In this document: piece after piece, positions 44,882-54,085 of the stretch
How positions within the stretch are numbered: position 1 is the stretch's first letter
Layout of the letters: each line of letters opens with the position of its first letter
Source of the DNA: Terriglobia bacterium
GTDB taxonomy: Bacteria > Acidobacteriota > Terriglobia > Acidiferrales > 2-02-FULL-67-57
Length of the DNA stretch: 59,734 nt
NCBI GenBank assembly: GCA_046758465.1
Contig: JBHIAG010000001.1
Span: 1-59,734, forward strand
Reading direction: 5' to 3'
Notes under the pieces: generated by a model
Seen by the model: the letters and a program-made list of their open reading frames with translations, nothing else
What the model was told of the DNA's origin: nothing
Databases searched by the model: none
Made by a program: the position numbers and the translations under genes

Positions 44882-47800
44882 TCAATGAGCTGAGATTGTA
44901 TCCAAATCCAACCGCTTCAACTCTTTATTAATGCGCGGCATCTCCTTTTGGAGTATTCCCTCTAATGCGTCCAGTCGAACTTTCAACACAGCAGAGAGTT
45001 TTTCAAACACTTGTATATATCCTTTAGTCGGCGGTCCGTCTCCATGTTCAAGATGTGAACGCAGGCCTGTGAGCCGGTCGTTCAGCTTGATAGGGAACGC
45101 AATTTTATCTTTGGGGCTCTGATTCTTTACCTGGTATAATTCTTTTTCGACCGCGCTGATCCCTTCGAGGAAATCTTCTGCCGTTTTTCGTAACTTCCGA
45201 TCGCTAGTCTTACTCAACCGGTCTTCTACTTGAGCTCTCAGGTTCCGAATGAGAATGACTCCTTCGTTGGCAGCACTTTCACTATCTCTGATCTTAACGG
45301 CAAGATCGAACTGGGCCTTTAAATCCGCACCTGTCACATCCGTTAACCTCGGATCTTTCTTGACGTTGAACCACCGCTCTTGCTCCTTACCATCCACAAC
45401 GAGCCTTGCCTGGTAGCGACCGGGAGGAGCCCAGGGACCTCTTGTCGGATCTCCTCCCTCAAGGACAATATTCGGGACAACAGTCGCACCCGCATACCGG
45501 AGGTCCCAGGACAGGCGATGCATGCCCTCTTCCATGACGATCCCGTTTTCGAGAGTACGTACTTTTCGACCATCGGCATCTCGTATTTCCACAGAGACAT
45601 TGTGGTTCGGTTCCTTCACGTAATAGTCAACAACAGCAGGAACAGCACGCCGGATTGCATCGGCCGGCTTAAAAAGGTGAAATTCAGCACTCATAATTTC
45701 AGGATTGAGCTGCCGCAGCGTTTCAATATCATCCAATACCCAGAAAGACCGGCCATGGGTCGAGATAACCAGATCTTGCTGCTGAATCTCGATTCCTGTC
45801 ACGGGAACGTCGGGCAGATTCATGGAGAGGCTTCGCCAGGTCTCCCCGTCATTGAACGACACGTATACGCCGTGCTCGGTGCCAGCATAGAGCAGCCCCT
45901 GACGCCTGGGATCTTCCCGGACAGCATACGCAAAGTCGTCGTCCCGGATTCCGTCTATGATTCTAGTCCAGGTTTCACCATAATGATCTGATTTCCATAA
46001 ATAGGGTGCACGGTCGCCCATTTCGTACCGTCTCGCCGCCACATACGCCGTTCCTGGCTGATGGGGCGAAGACTCGATGAGGCTCACCCGGGTATGTTTC
46101 GGCATGTCTGGAGGGGTAACGTTTTTCCAGTCGCGCCCGCCGTTACGAGTGAGATAGACAAGCCCGTCATCAGAGCCTGTCCAGATGGTATTCACATCGT
46201 GAGGCGAAGGTGCAATCGTATAAATTGTAGCGTAGATCTCGGGACCGTCCTGATCTTTAACAATGGGTCCACCGGAATCGCCGAGGGTTGCCGGCTCTGC
46301 TCTGGTAAGATCGGGGCTGATCTTTACCCAAGTCTCACCCTCGTCTGTCGTACGCCAAAGATGCTGTGAGCCAACAAACAACATGTTAGGATCGATAGGA
46401 GAGAAAACGATAGGATAAGTCCAGTTCCAGCGCTCAGGCATATCCCTGGCGGGCTCGCCCATCACAATCCGGGGATAGGGCTGGATATCTCTCGACAACC
46501 CGGTCTTGCGGTCGTATCGTGTCAGCGTGTTCGTTGCACCGGCGTAAAAGATGTCTGTTTTGTTCGGATGTGGAGCGATATATCCACTCTCACCGCCGCC
46601 TACCGCGTACATCCATTCTCCGCTTGGTCCCCGTGGATTCCGAAGGTGACCGCCATCGGATGGCACACAGACAGTCGAATTGTCTTGCTGGGCACCGCAC
46701 ACGTGGTATGGGAAGTCTTTTGTGGTTGCGAGCCGATAAATCTGGGCTGTTGGGTATCTCATGTGCGTCCAGGTTTTTCCCCCGTTCACGGAAACGACCC
46801 CACCGCCGTCGTTTCCATTAATCATCCGAGAGGGGTTGTTTGGATCGATCCACAAGTCGTGGTGATCGGAGTGGGTTTCAGGAAGTCGAACGAAAGTCTG
46901 TCCTCCATCCGTAGATTTGAGCAAGCGAAAGTTGAGGACGTAGATAGTCTCCCGGTCTGCGGGATCCGCCTGGATGCGCTGAAAGTAGAAAGCTCGCTGC
47001 CATAGATCCCTGTGATTGTTGATGAGGATCCATGTTTCTCCGCCGTCGTCTGACCGATATAGGCCACCCGTTTCCGCCTCGACATTTGCGTAGACTCTCT
47101 TAGAGTCGGCACCAGATACGGTTACCGTGATCTTACCGAGGACACCCTGAGGAAAGCCCGGATTCCGGGTCAGCTCACGCCAGGTCTCTCCGCCATCCGT
47201 GGACTTGAAGATCCCGGAGCCTTTACCGCCGCTCCAGAGGATCCACGGCCTGCGATAGACTTCCCAGAGAGTCGTGTACATCACATCGGGATCGTTGGGA
47301 TCAAGCACGAGATCGATGGCACCGGTTTGCTCGTTTCTGTGCAGGATTTTTTCCCAGGTGCGCCCTCCGTCCAGAGTTCGAAATACTCCTCTTTCGGGAT
47401 TCTGGCCAAACGGATGCCCCACAGCCGCCACATAGACCCGATCCGGGTCTGTGGGATGGATTCGGATCCGGCTGATCACTTGGGTTTGTTCGAGTCCTAA
47501 GTACTCCCAATTCTGTCCTCCATCTGTCGAGCGATAAACGCCATCGCCTTGCAGCACGTTCTGGCGAAGCTGCGCTTCACCCATGCCCAAGTAGACAACA
47601 TCAGGATTCGATTTGGCGACTGCCACCGCACCCACGGATGAGCTCTTAATCTGTCCGTCAGTGATAGGATACCAGTTCATGCCTCCATCCATCGTCTTCC
47701 ACAAACCACCACCGGTTGCTCCGAAGTAGTACTCGTAAGGGCGGTCTGTATGGCCTGCCACAGCAATTGATCGCCCTCCACGCTTAGGGCCGATGTTTCT

Positions 47801-47980
47801 CCAACGCAATGGAGGAAGAAGTATGTCATTTTGGGCCGACGAATGAGCGTGTTTTGCCAGGATGATGGAAGGAACGGCCAAGTCGATTATAAGCAAAAGG
47901 GCAACAAGGATGCCGGCACGTCTATAGCTGTTGGAAAGGAATCTGTACAGCGGTAAACCAAGCAATCTGTGGCAACTCAT
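44882..47980 (-). CDS. sortilin/VPS10-type BNR (Asp-box) repeat exoprotein, 1032 aa
   Basis: N-terminal hydrophobic signal/anchor and repeated S-x-D-x-G-x-T-W Asp-boxes (STDGGQNW, TLDGGRTW, STDGGETW, SDDGGETW, STDGGQTF and others). Collinear paralogue of 55778..58969. Confidence 0.85.
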   Translation of the reverse strand: MSCHRLLGLPLYRFLSNSYRRAGILVALLLIIDLAVPSIILAKHAHSSAQNDILLPPLRWRNIGPKRGGRSIAVAGHTDRPYEYYFGATGGGLWKTMDGGMNWYPITDGQIKSSSVGAVAVAKSNPDVVYLGMGEAQLRQNVLQGDGVYRSTDGGQNWEYLGLEQTQVISRIRIHPTDPDRVYVAAVGHPFGQNPERGVFRTLDGGRTWEKILHRNEQTGAIDLVLDPNDPDVMYTTLWEVYRRPWILWSGGKGSGIFKSTDGGETWRELTRNPGFPQGVLGKITVTVSGADSKRVYANVEAETGGLYRSDDGGETWILINNHRDLWQRAFYFQRIQADPADRETIYVLNFRLLKSTDGGQTFVRLPETHSDHHDLWIDPNNPSRMINGNDGGGVVSVNGGKTWTHMRYPTAQIYRLATTKDFPYHVCGAQQDNSTVCVPSDGGHLRNPRGPSGEWMYAVGGGESGYIAPHPNKTDIFYAGATNTLTRYDRKTGLSRDIQPYPRIVMGEPARDMPERWNWTYPIVFSPIDPNMLFVGSQHLWRTTDEGETWVKISPDLTRAEPATLGDSGGPIVKDQDGPEIYATIYTIAPSPHDVNTIWTGSDDGLVYLTRNGGRDWKNVTPPDMPKHTRVSLIESSPHQPGTAYVAARRYEMGDRAPYLWKSDHYGETWTRIIDGIRDDDFAYAVREDPRRQGLLYAGTEHGVYVSFNDGETWRSLSMNLPDVPVTGIEIQQQDLVISTHGRSFWVLDDIETLRQLNPEIMSAEFHLFKPADAIRRAVPAVVDYYVKEPNHNVSVEIRDADGRKVRTLENGIVMEEGMHRLSWDLRYAGATVVPNIVLEGGDPTRGPWAPPGRYQARLVVDGKEQERWFNVKKDPRLTDVTGADLKAQFDLAVKIRDSESAANEGVILIRNLRAQVEDRLSKTSDRKLRKTAEDFLEGISAVEKELYQVKNQSPKDKIAFPIKLNDRLTGLRSHLEHGDGPPTKGYIQVFEKLSAVLKVRLDALEGILQKEMPRINKELKRLDLDTISAH

Positions 47981-48107
47981 ATGACACCCTCATAGTCTGG
48001 GATCAGCATTAAAAAAGGGCGTGAGACAGACTGCACCCTCGACTTGTGAAAAATGGTTCTTTGTAGTTTTTGCCGTTTTGCCTTTATTAGGTATTTTCGG
48101 AGTTAAC

Positions 48108-49673
48108 CTATCTGTTCCCCGTCCCCTTCGTATCGTCTGGAACCACCCATTCAACAGGCGGCATGTCCACCTTCTCGGGCAATTCAGACATATCACCGGT
48201 TTCGGCAAACTTCATGATTCCCTTCTTGAACTGTTCGGACACCCGCAAGGCTGCCCGGATCGCCCCGTGCGGTCCTCTGTTCACCGGGATAAACTTGCTG
48301 TTCTTGAAGTAGGGAACCAGTTCGAGCGCATTCTCATACGGCGTAGAAGTATCCCAGGTTCCGTGCACAATGACGGTCGGGATTTCGGTTTCAAAGTTCT
48401 GCCGGAATTCATCGCCCAAGTCACTTCCCCAGACCGAACAGCCCGCTGTATAGCCCCAGTTCATTCTGCCTAAAATTGCTAAAGCAGGATCCGAATTGTA
48501 TTCTGCCAGGCGCTTTGCCGTGATGCCGGAGCCGCAGTCGAGCATATAATAACTCGCGGTTCTGAAACTTCTTTCACTATCGTGATAATCGCGGACCACC
48601 TTTTCAGCAGCCTTGCTGAAGTCACTGTTGTAAAGGGTGATGACATCGGCAGGCCAGGCCCGCAACCCCCCGGAGTAACCTCTCGCCAAACGTTTAATTG
48701 ACTCGGCATCAAACAATACAGCCTGAGACGCATTGGTGTCCGGATTGGTCACCGTGACGGTGAAAGGTTCCTTCTCGACCTGTCTAATCACCGTTTCTAT
48801 CGCCTTGATCAGTCCGCCCTGGGGAATTAGCCCTTTCAACTCGGGCGCTTTTTCCGCTTCCTCCGCGACTCGTTTATATACATTCCATAAATGACCGGGA
48901 TGATCATAGGTGTGGTCCGGACCTTCCATGCCACGGAGAATCGCACGCTCCACGGCTTCCGGGAAATACCGCATGATAGCCATGCCCCAATGAGAACCGA
49001 AGCTGCCGCCCCATATCACTATTTTGTCGTATCCCAGCGCCTTACGAACATCATTGACGTCCGCAGCCGCTTCGACGACAGTGAAACCGCTTAAATCGAG
49101 GCCCAGCTTTTCCCAAACCGCTTTTTCCTTTGCGAGAATCTGCTGAAATTCCGCAACAGCTTTTTCGTCATCATACGGTTGATCCGGAGGCGCCGGCTTT
49201 GTGGTTGTTTCAATAATCGTCGTAGGCTTCGACGGCCCGATCCCGCGCTGACTGACCACAACCAAATCTGAAACGTCCAGAAAAGGACGCCATAGCTCCT
49301 CAAAAGTGCCAACCTGGCCAAGAGGTCTCTCCAAACCCTCAAAACTCGGTCCGCCGTGCAGATAGAAAATGGGCGGGGTCTGGGGATTGGTTTTCTCAGA
49401 TGCTCTGAAACGGTAGACCTCAACAGCAATAACTGCACTGTTCTTCATTGACCGATTAATGGGCACAAACATCATCCCGCGTTCGGCGTTGAAAAAGCCG
49501 CCGTCCTTCAACTTGATACGCTCAGGATACAGGAAAATCATCCCTGCTTCAGGACTCTTCGCAGCCGGATTGTGCAAACGATCTTTGCGGTCTCCGGCGG
49601 AGGAACGTTGAGCGTATACACTCCCTGCCGTCAAGAAGAGCATCGCTGCAATGAGAATCCCTCGGCGAGACAT
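48108..49673 (-). CDS. secreted alpha/beta-hydrolase, S33 (prolyl/tripeptidyl aminopeptidase-like) family
   Basis: Signal peptide MSRRGILIAAMLFLTAGSVYA. Oxyanion region YLHGGPS and nucleophile elbow GGSFGS. Confidence 0.8.
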   Translation of the reverse strand: MSRRGILIAAMLFLTAGSVYAQRSSAGDRKDRLHNPAAKSPEAGMIFLYPERIKLKDGGFFNAERGMMFVPINRSMKNSAVIAVEVYRFRASEKTNPQTPPIFYLHGGPSFEGLERPLGQVGTFEELWRPFLDVSDLVVVSQRGIGPSKPTTIIETTTKPAPPDQPYDDEKAVAEFQQILAKEKAVWEKLGLDLSGFTVVEAAADVNDVRKALGYDKIVIWGGSFGSHWGMAIMRYFPEAVERAILRGMEGPDHTYDHPGHLWNVYKRVAEEAEKAPELKGLIPQGGLIKAIETVIRQVEKEPFTVTVTNPDTNASQAVLFDAESIKRLARGYSGGLRAWPADVITLYNSDFSKAAEKVVRDYHDSERSFRTASYYMLDCGSGITAKRLAEYNSDPALAILGRMNWGYTAGCSVWGSDLGDEFRQNFETEIPTVIVHGTWDTSTPYENALELVPYFKNSKFIPVNRGPHGAIRAALRVSEQFKKGIMKFAETGDMSELPEKVDMPPVEWVVPDDTKGTGNR

Positions 49674-49792
49674 CGTCCACCTCCTTCCCTTACCTGGGCA
49701 GATACATTGTGTTTTCCCCTGCTTTCTCCGACCTGTTCCTCACTAGGATAGGCAACTTTGCAGTTCTCTACTAGGGGTGTTTAGCCCTCTTC

Positions 49793-49824
49793 GCGTTGAC
49801 TTGCCTGCGAGCAGGGTCTAGGAT
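49793..49824 (+). promoter_or_regulatory. box A copy 5 with a full promoter geometry
   Basis: GCGTTGACTTGCCTGCG, with TTGACT (49796-49801), a 17-nt spacer and TAGGAT (49819-49824). Lies 69 nt upstream of ATG 49865. Confidence 0.55.
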
Positions 49825-49864
49825 GGCGGGCATTACATCGAACTCCAAACAATCAGGAGACAGC

Positions 49865-50863
49865 ATGCACAAGACGGGAATTTTCCCTGTGGTTATCTGG
49901 GTGGCCGCAGTTCTGCTACAGCCTGGGACTGATGCCTTGGCACAAGTCTACCGCGTGCAAGAGATGAATACCGACCAAATCCGCGCCCTTGACCAAGAGA
50001 AAACCGTCGTACTCCTGCCGGGTGGTATCCTGGAAGAGCATGGCCCCTACCTCCCTTCGTTCTCCGATGGTTACATGAACGAGCGCCTCACGCGAGACTT
50101 GGCGCATGCTATTGTGGCACGACCAGGCTGGAAAGTGCTCATCTTTCCGCTCATCCCACTAGGCACAGACGGTGCCAATTATATCGGCGGCAAACAGGTC
50201 TTTCCCGGTTCCTACACAGTGCGCTCGTCCACATTGAGGGCTGTCTTCATGGATTTGGCAACTGTCCTCGGACAGCAAGGATTTCGGCGGATATTCATCG
50301 TTCACATACACGGCGCTCCAAACCACCACCGCGCACTCGACCAAGCCGGCGACTACTTTCACGATCTCTTCGGTGGTCAGATGATTAACTTATTTGGACT
50401 AACAATGCGGTTCCTCCGCGACACCGAGGGTAAGAGCCTCAACGAGAAGGAGCGGGACGAGGAAGGATTTTCCATCCATGCAAACTTGAGCGAGACAAGC
50501 AGGATACTCTTTCTCCGTCCCGATCTGGTCAGTCCCGACTATAAGGACGCGCTCCCGTATGCGGGCGAAAACATGGATGAGTTAATTCAAATCGCCGAGA
50601 AAAAAGACTGGCCGGGCTACTTTGGGTCACCCCGGTTGGCTGGCGTTGCCTTTGGCGCCCGTGTATGGAATGAATTCTCCGCCTCCGTTGTAACTCTTGC
50701 CCTCAAAATATTGGAGGGCTTCGACTATCGGAAAGAGCCGCGCTGGGGTGACGTTGCAGAGACACTCCCGGCTTGGGCTGCGCTCGACAAGGCTTCTCTT
50801 GACCACGAGAGAAAGTTAGAAGAAAAACAGCTGGAGTGGCTCAAAACGAAAGGCTTGAAATAG
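49865..50863 (+). CDS. creatininase (creatinine amidohydrolase) family protein with a signal peptide
   Basis: LLPGGILEEHGPYLPSFSDG and HIHGAPNHH resemble creatininase-family metal-binding blocks. AGGAGA RBS before ATG 49865. The N-terminus is hydrophobic with ALA-Q. Confidence 0.78.
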   Translation: MHKTGIFPVVIWVAAVLLQPGTDALAQVYRVQEMNTDQIRALDQEKTVVLLPGGILEEHGPYLPSFSDGYMNERLTRDLAHAIVARPGWKVLIFPLIPLGTDGANYIGGKQVFPGSYTVRSSTLRAVFMDLATVLGQQGFRRIFIVHIHGAPNHHRALDQAGDYFHDLFGGQMINLFGLTMRFLRDTEGKSLNEKERDEEGFSIHANLSETSRILFLRPDLVSPDYKDALPYAGENMDELIQIAEKKDWPGYFGSPRLAGVAFGARVWNEFSASVVTLALKILEGFDYRKEPRWGDVAETLPAWAALDKASLDHERKLEEKQLEWLKTKGLK

Positions 50864-50893
50864 CCTTGGCAAGGACCCCCGCCTCCAATCCCT

Positions 50894-50923
50894 CCTCCGC
50901 CGCATGAACTTCCCGGAGTAGGC
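50894..50923 (+). repeat. box B copy 2
   Basis: Identical 30-mer, starting 31 nt after the stop codon of 49865..50863. Confidence 0.8.
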
Positions 50924-51074
50924 CTTTTGTGTAGATACTTGAGGGAGGCAGCATGACACGCCGTCTATCCTCCGCATGGCTTTTGCTCCTGGCTTGGCCC
51001 ACCGTCCTGGCGTCAGTCCTTTTGGCCTTACCTCTTCAGGCTCCAACTCCCTTGGCTCGCCGCTAAGCCCAACC

Positions 51075-51560
51075 GTGGAACTCAAATCTGTCCTGGGCCG
51101 CAAGGAAGTTTTGGCGCTGGCCTTCGGTGCCATCATCGGCTGGGGGTGGGTGGTCTTGTCGGGCGCGCTCATCGACCAAGCCGGAACCCTGGGCTCCGTA
51201 CTGGCCTTTCTGGTGGGCGCGCTCATGGTCGGCTTTGTTGGCCTCACCTATGCGGAACTGACCTCCGCTTTACCCCGCGCCGGTGGTGAGCTGACCTTCA
51301 CCTACCGGGCGCTGGGGCCGGGCTGGTCTTGGATCTGCGGCTGGTCTCTCCTCCTCGCCTATGTAGGGGTGTGTGCATTCGAAGCCGTGGCCATCGCGAC
51401 CGTTGTGAACTATCTCTTTCCCCACTTCAAGTTGGGTTATCTGTACTCGGTTGCCGGCTCCGAAGTGTACTGGTCCTGGATTCTGGTCGGGGTAGGCAGC
51501 GGAGCCTTCGTCGGGGTGGTCAACTGGCTGGGCATTAAAACCAGTGCCTTGGTAGGGGCG
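51075..51560 (+). pseudogene. N-terminal fragment (about 160 aa) of an APC-family amino-acid permease
   Basis: LKSVLGRKEVLALAFGAIIGWGWVV...LTYAELTSALPRAGGELTFTY...NWLGIKTSA is typical of the first 4-5 TM helices of APC permeases. There is no clear start or RBS, and the remaining two-thirds of the protein is absent. Confidence 0.6.
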
Positions 51561-51878
51561 GGGATCGCGGAGGAGGTAGATGGCCGAATCGTACTACCCC
51601 AAGCGAGAGCCTATGGATGGCATATCCTGCGGCACTCGATGGGGTCGAACCTGACTGCCCGAACTGGCAACCTCAAACTCACCCAGATGCAGCTAGGCCA
51701 CGCCGACATCACCACGACTGGCAACATCTACACCCACAACCAGCGCCCGCTTGTGGATACAGCAGTTGATGCTCCAGACGCCGAGATGTTCGATGGCCGG
51801 AAGCGGGTGTTCGATCAGTGTTCGATACGGCCTGCACTAGGGCCTGCGGAAGTGGTCAAGGAGGCAAGTGGACAGTGA
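51561..51878 (+). pseudogene. C-terminal fragment of a tyrosine recombinase/integrase
   Basis: WHILRHS (HxLRH box), LGHADITTTGNIYTH (His ... catalytic Tyr). The N-terminal about 250 aa are missing. It is fused in frame to the permease fragment. Confidence 0.65.
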
Positions 51879-51910
51879 ACCTCGAAGCTCATAAGCCCAA
51901 GAAAACTGAT

Positions 51911-51941
51911 GGGGTTGCCAGCCGTCTAAGCCAGCAACCCC
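51911..51941 (-). terminator. stem-loop plus T-run immediately 3' of the tRNA fragment
   Basis: GGGGTTGC...GCAACCCC (8-bp stem). On the minus strand it is followed by ATCAGTTTTCTT. It starts 2 nt after the CCA end. Confidence 0.5.
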
Positions 51942-51942
51942 G

Positions 51943-51987
51943 TGGTTGCGGGGGTCGGATTTGAACCGACGACCTTTGGGTTATGAG
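51943..51987 (-). pseudogene. 3' half of tRNA-Met(CAU): anticodon loop to CCA only (att-site-like remnant)
   Basis: The minus strand reads CTCATAA-CCCAA-AGGTC-GTCGG-TTCAAAT-CCGAC-CCCCGCA-A-CCA. The 5' anticodon-stem strand, D-arm and 5' acceptor strand (which should be TGCGGGG) are absent from 51988-52025. Confidence 0.7.
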
Positions 51988-52092
51988 GGCATCTCCGACC
52001 ACAACCAGCACCAACAGCACACAGCTAACTACAACAAAAACCTAGCAATTGCAGATTCGCCTTTTGGCCTGACTTGTGGCCCGTTGGCGGGA

Positions 52093-52114
52093 GTTTGGGC
52101 ACAGTTTGGGCACA
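52093..52114 (+). repeat. perfect tandem duplication of GTTTGGGCACA
   Basis: Read directly at 52093-52103 and 52104-52114, about 105 nt from the tRNA-fragment breakpoint. Confidence 0.9.
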
Positions 52115-52323
52115 GTCGCCAGTCCACCGGGGAGGGGGCCTACAAATCTCTGAGGATTCCAGGCCGCATACCGCCGCCGCCTCATTTTTACGCCCGCGAA
52201 ATTAGATAGGGGGGGTTCAAAAACATTAAAAGTTGGATTTTTGAGGGACAAACATGAAGAGGAAGAAAATAGAGCCAATCCCCCCGCCTGAACACCTCTC
52301 AGAGCGGGCAAGACAACTTTGGC

Positions 52324-52686
52324 ATGAAAATAGTTCCCCGCCGGGCGCGCAGTCCGGAACGGCTGGCCCTTCTCCAGGTTGTGCTGGAGGCCTTGGACTT
52401 CACCACGACCACGGGAAAACTGCTCTTCCAGATCATCAGTGCCTTCGCCGAGTTCGAGCGTGACTGTATCCGAGAGCGAGTCCGAGCTGGGTTGAGGAAT
52501 GCCAAGGCGAAGGGCAAGCGGATAGGGCGGCCGCCGAGGTTGCTAGATTACTCCAAGATTATGCATCTCCGCCGTGACGGGCATTTTTGGCGCGAGGTCG
52601 GACAGAGGCTCGGTGTGGGTGCAACAACTGCTCGTCGTCGCCTCTTTGAGAGTAGAAAAAATCCTGCCGCGGCCTCAGGTAGCTAG
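52324..52686 (+). pseudogene. C-terminal half of a serine recombinase (resolvase/invertase), catalytic N-terminus missing
   Basis: TTTGKLLFQIISAFAEFERDCIRERVRAGLRNAKAKGKRIGRPP followed by an HTH-like segment (REVGQRLGVGATTARRRL). There is no upstream segment with the catalytic Ser. Confidence 0.7.
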
Positions 52687-52807
52687 CTAGAGCCATGAAA
52701 GTAACAAGTGAAACCGAAACGGAATGGTTTTGACACAGCTTGACTTTGTCGGGCGACCCCGGGAGCTGCAAGTGTGCGAGTGCTACACAAATCCTCGTAC
52801 TCCGGTG

Positions 52808-54082
<1,275 letters not shown>

Positions 54083-54085
54083 CGC

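Larger units (their letters stand above)
51561..52686. mobile_element. decayed integrative/prophage-like remnants (integrase C-terminus, tRNA-Met 3' half, tandem 11-mers, resolvase C-terminal half)
   Basis: Co-localisation of the four fragments listed separately. No intact recombinase gene is present. Confidence 0.6.

Noticed and set aside
51943-52020. An intact tRNA-Met gene on the minus strand.
   Set aside because: Only positions from the anticodon loop to CCA can be folded. The sequence where the 5' acceptor strand, D-arm and 5' anticodon-stem strand should be (51988-52020) does not pair with the 3' half.
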